Positions 1-14,091 of a DNA stretch of 64,000 bases are shown here, in pieces (positions within the stretch are counted from its first letter, which is position 1; each line of letters opens with the position of its first letter). The stretch comes from Octopus sinensis (taxonomy: Eukaryota): NCBI RefSeq assembly GCF_006345805.1, contig NC_042997.1, positions 102,734,001 to 102,798,000 of the forward strand, in the 5' to 3' direction. The position numbers were made by a program, and so were the translations under genes. Under the pieces are notes generated by a model, which saw only the letters and a list, made by a program, of their open reading frames with translations, ran no database searches and was not told the DNA's origin.

Positions 1-523
1 TTCCTGTCCCGGTTAAAGCTATTTCGCGCCCGTTACGACGATAACTGTATTGGGAAAGGCATGAACATCACTTAATGAGATGGTGGTGATTTTGCTTTTG
101 TAAGCATTACCTTAAACTTTTGTTTGATGATTTTTATATTAGAGAGAGAGGGAGAGAGGGAGAGAGAGAGGGAGAGAGGGAGAGAGAGAGAGGGAGAGAG
201 AGAGGGAGAGAGGGAGAGAGAGAGGGGGAAAGGTAGGGAGGTGGTGGAAATTAAAGTTTTTCATATACCTACTTCTCTTACAATCCAAGTAGGGAAATGC
301 TCCTTAGGACCTTTGACAATTTCCACCAGTTGAGTCGATAAGTAAGCTAGTATACCGTTTCAGCTTTAGGAATGGCACGTTTTTGGCATAACCATTTTGG
401 CGCCGCCTACATCGTTGATTTTGTTTTAAACCAAATCTAAACGGAACAAAGCTTCACTGCCACAACTTTATATGGATTCACTAATATATAAGATTGATAC
501 TTAAGCGACTCAGATGGTTAAGA

Positions 524-992
524 ATAGTAATGTTTATATGCCACAAAATGTGACAGTCCTATAAAGGACGATGTTACTGTTGTTTTAGCCCCAGGAAAAC
601 ATCTTTTCCAGCTGGCTATCGACACAGAGTTTGTGTCCGTATAGCATTTACAAAGGAGGTCAGCCTTATGTGATACTCACAGACCTAGGTTTCTGAATGT
701 TATCCATCTTCAGTGTGAGACCACCATAAGCTAGTGATGAAAGCTTCCTCTATTTGAAAATACTGTCTTTTTTTAAGCGACACACAGTCGATGGGCTTGT
801 ATAGAGAAAAACAACTCATTTTAAATCTCTGAGCGAGAGATATACAGTAACAATACAGGATAGTAATGTTTATATGCCAACAGAATGTGGCAGTCCCTTA
901 AAGAACGATGCTACTGTTGTTTTAGCCCCAGGAAAACATCTTTTCCAGTTGGCTATCTACACAATTTGTGTCCATATAGCATTTGCAAGGGA
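524..992 (-). repeat. Partial tandem repeat (336-bp period) enclosing a hammerhead
   Basis: 524-656 is repeated at 860-992 (atagtaatgtttatatgcc...ccccaggaaaacatcttttccag). Confidence 0.85.
676..719 (-). ncRNA. Type-I hammerhead ribozyme, intact core
   Basis: Minus strand: CTCACA CTGAAGA TGGAT-AAC-ATTCA GAAA CCTAGG TC TGTGAG. 6-bp stem I, 5-bp stem II, palindromic stem III, GUC cleavage site. Confidence 0.8.
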
Positions 993-1928
993 AGTTTGCT
1001 GTTACTGTATATAGCCTTGCTTACTTAACCACTGTAAAACTTCTGCAAAAGCAATATTAGGTGGAGTTTTGGAATGGCTAATCCTTCGAAGCCCTTTGCC
1101 CCAAAGGGAAGGTGAAAAATGTTTCTTCTCTTTATTTTTTTTTTTTTAGTATTCCTTACGCTTGTATTTATTTATCCTCATCATCATTTCTTTATATCGT
1201 TTAAGATTGAATCAAATATTAACAAATTAATTTCAGAAAGATAACTTGAAATAGAAAACTCAACCAGTCACGAATATATATAATTATTATAGCTCTCATA
1301 GACACAAACTTGTACTTATTTAGCCATCTAAATGGAGGAAGTTTCTTAACCATCTTAGTTGCTTAAGTATCAATCTTATATATTAAGTACCTGATTTAAG
1401 CCGCTCAAGCGGCTCGCAGTAGATCTTTGTTATCGTTTGCTTTGGGCTTAAAAGTTCAAAGTGGACTAAACATTTCATATCTCACCAAACAGATAACAAC
1501 ACCTTATGTGGATGAAGACTTTCTTTAGCCTGGGGTTCCGGTTTTTCTCTCTTCCCTATCCACTGTCTTCGGCACTTGACATTTTTATGGAGAGCCTATT
1601 TCTCATCATCAGTCACTATTCGGTCCCAAAAAAGGTTCATTCATGAGATGTGAGAGAAAAGAAGCACACGCGATTAGACTCCGTTGTCTTGCCTGTATTG
1701 AACTTATAAAGCAAAATATGCCGAATATACTCCTTTGTTAAGTCCATTTTAGCTTGGAAAAGATTAACTGTTAAAATTGAACTGTACTCTTCAAAACTTG
1801 CACTAAGAATAAGTACAAGGTAAAATTACTACCTGATTTTATAGTAAGCTGATACAGGTAGTTTATCCTGCCCCCCTCTGACATTTAATTTAAGCAATTG
1901 AAGAAACAGCATTATCTATGGGATGACC

Positions 1929-2335
<407 letters not shown>

Positions 2336-2338
2336 CAT

Positions 2339-3751
2339 CCCAGATGTCACACTATTAACCCGGTTATCGAACTCGAACTCGATGTGTGACGCACTCATAG
2401 TACATCTAAAGCAACTTGATGTAGTGATATGCACTCTATATCGCCCACCTGATGCTTCAAATCATGATGGAAAATTTGAGGAAAGCCTCAGTGCGATAAA
2501 GGAAGTATTCACAGAAATGGATCGACGTACTATTTTATTCCTGATGGATGACTTCCATCTCCCCAACGTCAGGTCGCCTGAAGGCAATATAACCCCAGGA
2601 ATGACGCACAAAGAGCGAAATCAAACAGAATCTCTACTTGATCTTACGAAAATGCTATTCATGGAGCAGATCATACTCTCTCCAACCAGGCACAAAAATA
2701 TCCTGGACGTCTGTTTTAGAAACAATATGGAAAGTATTCACAATGTAAATACATCATCGACAATATTCTCAGACCATAACATGATAGAACTGACAATGTG
2801 TGGCCTGGAATTAACTAAAGATAAACTCTGCACAGATGTCCCAGAGAAGGGAGCCAATTCACTCAAAAACACCATTCCCCGAGACAAGAGAATACTCATG
2901 CGGCGGAGAATAAAGATCTCGAATCGTTTAAATAAACATCTTAATGACAGTGTGAAAATCCACCTGGCGAAATTAAACTCAAAATCTCCCATGAAAAAGA
3001 AAGAGAAGAAAGAGAAACCTGGGCAGTCAAAAATGTAAAAAGAAATCCTAAAGCCTTCTACACGTTGGCAAATGAGTCTGCCTCAGTACGCTATAAGATA
3101 AGGCCACCATTTGGTAAAAACGGCTCACTAACTGCAGACCCACGAAAGATAAGTGAATCACTAATAAACAATTCCGAAGTGTTTTCACTTCACTGGAAAA
3201 TATGCAAATAAACAAACCGAAGGAGCTTTTCAATGTAATGAATCTATTCGGAAAAGAGGCAACCATCGATTACATCAACATAACAGAAGAGGATGTAATA
3301 TCAGCCATTGATGAGATGAAATCAAACTCACCAACACGCCCAGGTGGACTACCAGCTGTTCTCTTAAAGACATGTAAAAAGGCCCTTGGAAAACCATTGC
3401 AGATAGTCTTTCATAGTTTCGTTGCATGTGGTACACTTCCCAACATGCTTAAAGAGGGTATAATATGGCCTGTCCCTAAAGGAGGGAGCAGAGCTGATGT
3501 TAAAATCTACAGGCCAATCTCTCTGACCTCGCATGTTAACAAGACAATGGAACGCATTGTCAGAAAAAGGCTGATCACTTTCCTAGAAGAAAACCTCACA
3601 AACACGCAACATGGCTTCCGTCCAGGGAGGAGCTGCCTCACACAGTTGCTGCAGCACTTTGACTGGGTATTGAAGCAACAGCTAAACCAGTCAGCTGTAG
3701 ACGTGATAATCCTCGACTTTGCCAAAACTTTCGACAAGGTTGATCAAGGCA
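2339..3751 (+). mobile_element. CR1/L2-group LINE fragment, APE endonuclease plus N-terminal RT
   Basis: LYRPPD, DFHLP, NILDV, SDHNMI (endonuclease). YRPISLTSH, QHGFRPGRSCLTQL, LDFAKTFDKVD (RT). Degenerate. Confidence 0.9.
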
Positions 3752-3767
3752 TGATATATATATATAT

Positions 3768-4088
3768 TTGAGGAGACCCCCTTCGGTCATGAATAACCAT
3801 GGGATTGCACCTAGAAAGTTACCCTCCAATTCACAAGTCCGGGCAAGGTTGTTTGTGGAAGGCCAGCAGTCGCCCATGCATACCAGCCTCCCCTCTCCAT
3901 GCTACCGATGTTATCCAAGGGAAAGGCAAAGGCCGATACAGCTTGGCACCAGTGATGTCGCAACTCATTTCTACAGCTGAGGTAACTGGAGCAACGTGAA
4001 ATAAAGTGTCTTGCTCAAGAACACAACACGCAGCCAGGTCCGGGAATCGAACTTACAACCTCATGATCGTAAGCGCGACGCTCTAACA
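3768..4088 (-). mobile_element. tRNA-derived SINE inserted in the LINE
   Basis: Reverse-strand head with a B-box (complement of GGGAATCGAAC) and the conserved aagtgtcttgctcaagaacacaac block, also seen at about 8860 and 12060. Confidence 0.75.
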
Positions 4089-4500
4089 TGTGGAAAATAA
4101 TGGAGGGTCTGGCTTCAATTGTGGGAATTGAAATCTATAACAACCCCCGAACTGGACGGCACTGCACAATACCAAAGGCCCCGTCATCTCCATCGAGGAT
4201 ACGAACCTAATATTGTAATAGTTTGGGATTCAAGGGACCACAACTTTTTAATAACCTACCACAGAACATCAGAACATCAGGGATCTGCAAGGTATAGAAT
4301 ATTAGTCTTCAAAAAACGCCTAGAAACTTTTTGTCTGCAATTCCAGATGAACCCACATGGTGGCAGGAGGCACAAAGAAGAGCGGCAACGTCCAACTCGC
4401 TACTTCACCAGAAGCAATACTGGAAAACTTCCCGGACGCAGTAAAGGGCTTGCACCAGCATGGCCTCAGCCTCTGGCTGAAACCCATAAAAGATAAAAAA
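4089..4500 (+). mobile_element. 3' end of CR1-like LINE
   Basis: Translates WKIMEGL...NPRTGRHC...GPQLFN...FKKRL. Tail gcaccagcatggcctcagcctctggctgaaacc, then A-rich. Related tails at 5480-5705 (+), 24870-25110 (-) and about 52900-53180 (-). Confidence 0.8.
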
Positions 4501-5102
4501 TAAATATTTATACGTATATTTAATCTTTTATGTGCTTCAGCCAGGTGGCCGTGGTCATGCTGGAGCACCACCATGATTTTTCACGCTTTATTTGTGTACC
4601 CTCTCCACAATCCTTCCGTGGTTCCTCTCTTCCGACTAATGCGATCCCATCAAAATTGTCGATGGCCCATCTGGTGTATGATGGAATTTAACACTGCTGC
4701 CCCTCAACTGTGCCTCATATCGAGCCATTAGTTCGTCTGGTATTGTAGTATTGTGCGAATGAGTATAAGTTTAAAAACGGTGTCTAACTTGTCCAGATGT
4801 GGCCTGACGAGTTCACAGGAGCGGATGAGCTCTTTCTTTATTCGTTCTATCTGCGCCTATATATACGTATCAATCTCACGTCATAAAGAAAGTTGTAACA
4901 CGGTCGAGATGGCAACCTGGAAGGACACAGAAATAGACCTATACCGCAGGGCTTGGGTTGCTGCCAAAAATTATCCACCCAATAATGTGATTACTGCAGC
5001 CTTGAAAAACGATGGATTCAACAGGACCGAATCCATCTTTTAAATAAAGCATATTACTCTACCTCTGGTATTTGAGCACTCTTTTTTCCACCTTGTTTCT
5101 CC

Positions 5103-5140
<38 letters not shown>

Positions 5141-5141
<1 letters not shown>

Positions 5142-5400
5142 TAGTTATCGCCATACTAATATGGCAGTCTATAAATAAAAGACTAAAGCTGTCGCTGATT
5201 AGCTCCAAGAGGCCACCGCCTCTAGCTAGCTATATGACACACGAACCTGCGTCCATTACAACCTTCGAACAGGGGAGGTCAGCCGCTTCACCTTGCTAGT
5301 CAGACATCTGCAGACATGTTTCAGGGTTGTTGCACTTTATCAATGCAACATAGTCAGAACCAGCAGGTGTCGCTACTGACCGTCTGTTCGAAGATTTTAT
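5141..5400 (-). mobile_element. Penelope-associated non-coding repeat (pLTR-like)
   Basis: Second copy inverted at 24431-24630 and a foldback derivative at 49031-49323. Carries the U3-A8 hammerhead. Confidence 0.65.
5309..5347 (-). ncRNA. Minimal hammerhead, U3-A8 core variant
   Basis: Minus strand: TGCA TTGATAA AGTG-CAACAA-CCCT GAAA CATG TC TGCA. The copy at 24431 shows a perfect stem II AGGG/CCCT. Confidence 0.62.
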
Positions 5401-5718
5401 TTACCTAGTTACAGTGGAATACATCCACTTGTTTTCAATAATAGAAATATTAAAATTACTAAGTCTCTCTAAAGGAGCCTCCATTGAGTGGATGTAGAGG
5501 TTTTCAAACGTAAACTTGACCTCTGGCTCACCGAGATCCCGGATGAGTCAATATCTAAGCAAGAAATTCAAAAGAGGGCAGTAACATCAAACTCTACTCT
5601 TCACCAAAAGCCGCTCCGAAAAAGGTGGAAAGTGGAAAGATGATCACAATGGCGGTGTTCCAGCATGGCCACAGTCATTGGACTGAAATATATAAAAGAA
5701 TAAAAGAATATATATATA

Positions 5719-5756
<38 letters not shown>

Positions 5757-5863
5757 CACACGTGTATATATATGTGTGTGTAGGCACGTGTGTATGTGTG
5801 TGTGTTGGTGTGCGTGCGTGTATATATGTGTGTATATAGTATTTGTGTGTATATATATGTATG

Positions 5864-5894
<31 letters not shown>

Positions 5895-6088
5895 ATATAT
5901 ATATATATATATATACGTAAACAAAGTCAAATGCGATACAATAAAATTAATTATTATCGCTGGTGTTCTAGGACACGCCATATATTATTCATATATAAGT
6001 ACATTAAAAGGCGAAGTGTGTACTAGATACACAAAAGGTGGATAAATTTAATGAGATGAAAATTAAAAAGTTTTACAAACTTAGTTCT

Positions 6089-6161
6089 TCTTAGACTGCA
6101 GTTTCGCCTATTTCAGCAATAAAAATAATATTTATTTACTCAGGTAGGCTCTTCAGTAAGA
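6089..6161 (-). ncRNA. Type-I hammerhead ribozyme, intact core
   Basis: Minus strand: TCTTA CTGAAGA GCCTA[34-nt AT-rich hairpin]TAGGC GAAA CTGCAG TC TAAGA. Confidence 0.82.
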
Positions 6162-6345
6162 TTCCTGTTATTATGGGAAGCGCACATCAATAGAGGCACA
6201 TGCGTCTATTAAATTGCTCGTTCTAAACTATTCAAATCACTGCGCAGACTCAGAACGTACCCGACAAAATAGGGTTTTCTGGTATATCGTCTAACGCTCA
6301 AAAATTTATCGAGAAAATACGTAAACAAAGTCAAATGCGATATAT

Positions 6346-7301
<956 letters not shown>

Positions 7302-9884
7302 GAACGAAGTGAGACAAACGCAGATAGCAATTAGGAATTAACATCTACTTTAATGTTGGACAAGGCTGAGATCGTCTATTTTAGAGCAAAAATAAAACTT
7401 TAGCAATCGAATGATCGCTCGAGCATATCACACACACGCAAAAAAATTATTATACAATGTTACTAATACCATCAACAATAACTACAACAATCACAACGAC
7501 GACGACAACAACAACAAGCAACAACTCTATCAATCATCATCATCGTCATCATCCTCATCAATCATCATCATCATCATCATCATCATCATACATACATACA
7601 TACAGCCAACAAAATTTCTCGCCAGAATGTTAACTGCCCACTTAGTGCTAGACGAAATGTGGCTAAGCTATTTTGAAAAAAAAAAAAAAAATGAAGAAAA
7701 ATCAAAAACAAACGATTGCTGTGAGAATAGCGGAGTACCGGAATAATTTGAAGCATAAATTAACTTGTTTGAAACACGGACATGTTGGAATCGTGCCACG
7801 TATAAAACTACACTGTTCCCTCCAGACTATTCTTCATAAACAACGCTCCACTCATAAATAAATTACTTACTCAACAACACGATAAAGAACAACATCAAAT
7901 GACGACAAGCAAATTGCTTCTTAGTTCGCCAAGTCTATGCAGAGCCTAAGATTACCGAGAAATTGAAACTTGAAAATGGCGCTGCACGTATGTCATTCAT
8001 CTCGCATACTTTTTAAAATTTATATCTACACGACATCTTTTTCTTGTTTCAGCCATTAGACTGTGGTCATGCTGGGGCACCGTCTTGAAGAATTTCATTC
8101 GAATGAATCGATCCCGGTACCTTTTTAAAGCCTGCTACTTATTCTATCGATCTCTTTTGCCGAACCACTAGGTTAGTGAGACGTAAGCACACCTACAATG
8201 GTTGTCAAGCAGCAGTGGAGACATGCACATACGCATAGACACACACACACACACACATACACACACACATACACACACACACACATATATATATACGACG
8301 GGCTTCTTTCAGTTTCCGTCTACCAAATCCACTGACAGCTCTTTAATCGGCCCGAGGTTGAGGCTATAAAAGAAGACACTTGTCTAAGATGCCACGCAGT
8401 GAGTCTGAACTCGGAATCGTGTGTTTGGGAAATAAGCTTTTTACCACACAGCTACGCCTGTGCCTAATTGCCCACACCTACACAAAAAATAGACACTATC
8501 TCAATGTCCCCACTATTACACACCACTGCCCAACCATATCGATAGTTAACTTGGCCAACATTTCCCAAACTTCTTAGCTTCAGGTACCCTAGAAATAATT
8601 ACCACAATAATCGTTTTCGTAGCTTTATTAATCTTTGTCTTTCATAAGTTAAATAATCTGACAATGGTAGTCTCTCGTTGTCCCAGTAAGACGGTTCAGC
8701 AATTTTTTGCTGAACAACCTGCAGAAGTGATTTGTTTATAGTCATCAAATGTTTTTTGCTGTACATTAGCTCTTTCCCTCCACCAAATCGATGTTGCCTG
8801 AACAAGTGCACGGTGTACTACATCTCCAGGTGTCGAAGTAATCGCAGAGCAACGCGAGATGAAGTGTTTTGCCCACTAAGACAACGCACCTCCCGGTTCA
8901 GGAATTGAAACCACAATCTTGCGACCGTGAACAAAACACCCTAATTACTAGGCAATGCGTCTTTAACATTAAATATCCTAAGGTATGCTTTACATACATG
9001 TTTTCTCATAACTAGTTTATTATGTCTTTATTAATATTTGTCTTTTGTAAAGTTAAATTTCTTAAGGTAAAGGTTGCATATATACTTTCTAATAACTGAT
9101 TTAAACAAGAAATAAAATGTACCTCGTCGTTCAGCCAGCTCTCTATCTAAATGCCATTAAACTTCTCGATCGGAGCTGACCTGGGATTACACAGCAATAA
9201 AAACAACGAAAAACACAAAAGCCTGCACTCCACATCATCGTAGTTTGGATATAAATTTTCACGTATACCAACCACTCTTTCAACATCAGGAAATAGCACA
9301 CTGGCATGACAAAGGTTATTTGCGGTAGGCAGCGAATATACTCTTGAGGTCCTCCACCTCTTCATTAACAGGAATGATAAGCTTGAGGAAATTTTGCAAC
9401 TCTTCACAGCTGTGCTTCTACCCGAACATCAGCTCGCAGTTTGTTGGAGCAGCAAATTCATGTCTTCATAATCCACACACACACACACGCACGCACACAC
9501 ACACACGCGCGTACGTACGCACACACACACACACACGTATATGTACATATATCTGTGTATGTGTGTATGTATGTATGCATGTATGTATGTCTCTGTTTGT
9601 CGCTCTCTCCCTCTATATATATATGTACACACACACACACATACACTTTTATATTGTCGAGTAGTATATTCCTGATTATGGCACAAAACCAGTCAAAAAG
9701 TTACCATTAATTTCTTATCAGTTATATGTCATACCCAGGAACATTCTATTCTACGATATGAAAGTTTAACTGCTCAAATTCCCTTTCAGAGTATTCTTTT
9801 CTACTGACTTATGGATAAGTAACCGATAAACTGAATATATATGTATATATCAATATTAGTATTATACTTTTCTAGTTATTTATA

Positions 9885-10016
9885 TCCTCTGACAAGGCCT
9901 TTGGTTATTTAAACATGCAAGTATAATTTTTAATGCCTAGAACTATATTACACTGGCATCTATGGGCAATATAAGTTGAATTTCCTCTTGACCATAGGTT
10001 GAAACAGCTGTAAGGA
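9885..10016 (+). ncRNA. Decayed hammerhead with long stem II insert
   Basis: TCCT CTGACAA GGCCT...AGGTT GAAA CAGCTG TA AGGA. The G8-to-A change is compatible with CpG decay of CTGACGA. Confidence 0.5.
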
Positions 10017-10354
10017 GCAGTTTATTTGTATTATTTTTATTATTATATTACATATTGATGTATATTGTTTTGTTCGATTTTGATGTTCCCATTTGTATGA
10101 TTATAAATAATGTGAAATCCGTAAGTTGATGATCGAAATGAATTTGTTTCTCCATTTTCTTATTTGTATTATGAATTTACTGTAAAAATATTTTTTACCT
10201 TCACCCATTCAATACAATAAATGAATTAATTGTATTGCAATTAAAAGCATTTATGTATTTAGTATTTGGGTACCTTACCAGCAGTATATTGGATAACTGA
10301 TATCCCATAGTGGGTTACTTTCATAACCCCTATCTTATTTTGTATTATATATAC

Positions 10355-11870
10355 ACACGAAATCATAAAGAGCAAAAGGCAACCCAAATCATTGAAAACC
10401 ATCCTAACAAATGCCAAAGTACTGCCAACCACAACAACTAAACCCACAGTAAACAAATGCAATAGACCCAACTGTGGTATATGCATCAACCTAATAGAAG
10501 GTCCGGAATTCCTTTTTAAACAAGGACAACGTTTCACAGTAAAACACAACTTCACACGCGCATCAGAAAACCTAGTATATGTCTTAACTTGCTCGGGCTG
10601 TAATGAACACTACATAGGCCAAACTAAAAATAGTCTCCGCCAATGCATGACTGTCCACAGATCCCAAATAAAAATACAGGAATACAGAAAAATAGCACTT
10701 AGTGCACATATTGATACCTGTGCCGCACAACTTCATCTTAATTTTAGAATCTTTCCCCTCTACAAATTTAAAGACAATACCACTCATACCCAGCGAATAA
10801 CCATAGAATCCCACCTTATTAATAAATACAGACCACTTCTAAACACATCCCCCTAACACGAACCCACAACAAACACACTTACACCTGCACACACCCTACA
10901 TACACTTTTACCCAGATATTAACACCATGACACACGCAAATATATGGTTCCACACATACACATAATTTGATACGGGTGCAAAACATCCAACACTATTTTT
11001 TGGAAATGACTGTAAATATTGACTTCACACAAACACGTTACTTCCCGATACAGGCACAAGGCCAGCAGAACTATAAATATTGAAAATTGTACCCACACAC
11101 GCACACATATATACACGCGCGCGCGCCCCAACATATATATAAACACACACACACACACACACACACACGCGCGCACACATACATACATATAGCTCTTCCT
11201 GTCCTAAACGAACTTACTTATCCAGCTCAAATTCAGTCAAGCGGAAAATACACTCCTTAACTACGCGCTAAAAAGCTATTTAAAATATCCACATGACGTC
11301 TACTGACCAGCCTGAACAATAAGAATTTTCAACAACGCTATTTTCGAAAACTCCATACACCACCCACACCAAAATTCATTCTAAACATTCACGTGACCTC
11401 TCTATTATGACCACATCCACGTGACCTCTTTATTATGACCAATAAGAAATTTTAGGCGCGACACTAGCCAAATTTTAACATCTCTGGAGCCTATTTTCTT
11501 ACCCCAACACCAACTTCCATTCAAACATTCACGTGACCCCTTTATAATGACAAATCAAAATTGTATTGACCATTGTCCACAAGAAATTTTAGGCGCGAAA
11601 CCAAGCAAATCTTACACAACTCTGGAGCCTCTTTTTTCACATATAAGAGACAGCAAACCCAACATAAAGTCAGATAAGAGAAAAAAATCTATCAGAAAGG
11701 AACTCTATCTCTCTTAAAAAAATATCTTTTGATAAGCATAACAAATGCGCAACCGGTAAAAAGAACTTTCACCTAATTAAATACACTCTCCCTTACTTAA
11801 ATTATTTTGCCAGCATTTTCTTCATTTCCTTTTTTTATATATCACAACTCGTGTTCCACATCTCCTTTTT
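10355..11870 (+). mobile_element. Penelope-like element fragment, GIY-YIG endonuclease plus 3'/pLTR region
   Basis: ORF 10392-10856: CNRPNCGIC zinc linker, NLVYVLTCSGCNEHYIGQT, RQCMTVH, ESHLINKYRPLLN. Confidence 0.9.
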
Positions 11871-11877
11871 TAAATAT

Positions 11878-11926
<49 letters not shown>

Positions 11927-13128
11927 GTATAAATATATATATAAATATATCACATGATCACGTGACCGCCAGACTGTTGTTACACATCACTGGTCACAAT
12001 GAACTTTGCATCACCTTAGCCAACTAATCGAAAGAGGGATTTGAGCAACGCGAAATGAAATGTTTTACTCAAAAACACAACGCGCCGCCCGGTCTGGGAA
12101 TCGAACCCACGATCTAGTGATCGTGAGTACAACAGCCTAACCATTGGGCTATGCGCCTACACACACAAGCGCGCGTACTTATTTGTGTGTGTGTGTTTGT
12201 GTCTCAAAGAAAGCCCTGACACATCTATCTACAATATCTCTTTACGAAAAGCTGGTGAGAAAATTCCATTCGAAATCAGTTAAAACACCCAGAAAAACTT
12301 ATTGAAATCTCACACTACTTGTATCTTACTCTAATGGTAGATTGCATATGTACTTGAAGATTATTGACACTTGATTACGTCATTATGCGTAACAGACCTA
12401 ATCCTTTGTCTGGTTTAATAGTAGCCGCTTGTCTTTGTTTGCATTTGACAGTGTAGATTATTGCAAACATTAGTGCAAGTTTCCGGTCTGAGGGTAACTC
12501 GATATTTTAATGAACGTTGAGTCATACTGGAGCAACCTATGATTCACAGAGCCAACTACAGAGACTTCTACTTGGTCGATCGACATCTAGAAATAGCAAC
12601 CAAATCTCCCACATATCACACAGTACCGACTTTAAAAAAGTACGCAGTGAATGATGTAGCCCTGGAAGCATTTATGCTAGGGAAAAAGGACGGGGAAGAC
12701 ACCTATGAAATAACACATGATCATAGTTTTGTTCGTTTGGAAGATATTTAGTGTTAAACAACAACGACTCATGAGTCACGGTTATCTCTCCTCGGTGGTT
12801 GCGCATATGTCATGAACACGGCCTGTCTCTTATCTGACTAAATTTTTAAGCAAAGCGATTATTTCAACGAATGTTGTAATTTTCAGGCAAAGAACAGTAT
12901 TCATGTAACAGTATTCAACAAAATTAATGAGTAGAAAGGAAATATAAAGTTTTTCTAAAATCTGGGGAATAAATGCAGTTTAACGTATGGTATGCAACTG
13001 TCACTATCAAAATTCTATAAATGGATCTTTTTTCTAATTGGAAACAAGTCTTTATTTATAGAATGAATTAACACAAAGAAAAGAAAACAACCAATTCACA
13101 CACTTACACACTCACATATGTATGTGTG

Positions 13129-13220
<92 letters not shown>

Positions 13221-13876
13221 TATATATACTATACACACGCGCACGCACAACACACACACCACACACACCACACACACACACACCACACACACCACACACA
13301 CACACAAGCATATATATAAGCGTGTGCACATACACAAACAAAAGATGTCAAATTGAATGCTTAGCAGTATTCAGTCTCTCTCCACCTTGAATTCAAATCC
13401 CAAGCTGACCATCTCTTCCTCACACCCTGTCGGGGCTCATAAACAAAGTAACAATTCAGGTTGCTGGATTGTTGGAATGCTTAAGAATCGGAGATGCCTT
13501 ATAGAATCCATTTTAAGTTCAAATTCCGCTTCCTGTTATGGTGTGTGTCATCTGATTGGGCATATACAAGCACGCATAAACAGATAATTTGTTTGGTGAT
13601 TTCTATCAAGAAGAGTTCGCGCTCTTGTTAGGTTCATTTGTCCGATGGGATAGATTTAACTGAGGAGACACACCATAAGGTCGAAACACTGTGGACTCTC
13701 AAACTCCCGTTACACCGGTGAATCGCATGTACTACGAACATAGAACGGGAGGAGCTGTTCCCTGAAGGTGAAGAACAAAAGCGATTAGATATTCACTTTC
13801 GAATCTACTAGAACGTATTAACAATGGATTAGTTATTGTTTGGATGTCTGCTGTTTTGTGTATACCCCACGAATAA

Positions 13877-14091
13877 GGTACTACTTAAGAAGAGTGGTCC
13901 CGGTGCGCGCACTCGCGTACTCGCGCATCCGCGCTAGCTAGTCCTTACTTTGTGTTTTTGTTTTATTTACTTTGCTTAAAAAAATTATTTACTTTGAGTA
14001 AAAAAAATTATTTATTTTGAGTTTTATTTACTTTGCTAGGTAGTCGTTGTAGGATCGACTAGTCACGACTAGCTAGCGCGGATGTAGTACC
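13877..14091. mobile_element. MITE, probably Merlin-type
   Basis: Termini GGTACTAC/GTAGTACC. Inner inverted repeat CATCCGCGCTAGCTAGTC at 13926-13943 and 14067-14084. Flanks ACGAATAA and ATGAATCA resemble a diverged 8-bp TSD. Confidence 0.65.

Noticed and set aside
1505-1580. Additional hammerhead (minus strand CCGAAGA...GAAAAACCGG)
   Set aside because: The core is mutated and stems I and II cannot be formed convincingly.
4560-5040. Host coding exon (ORF 4753-5043)
   Set aside because: No recognisable domain or splice context. The minus strand looks more like a very decayed RTE C-terminus, too weak to call.
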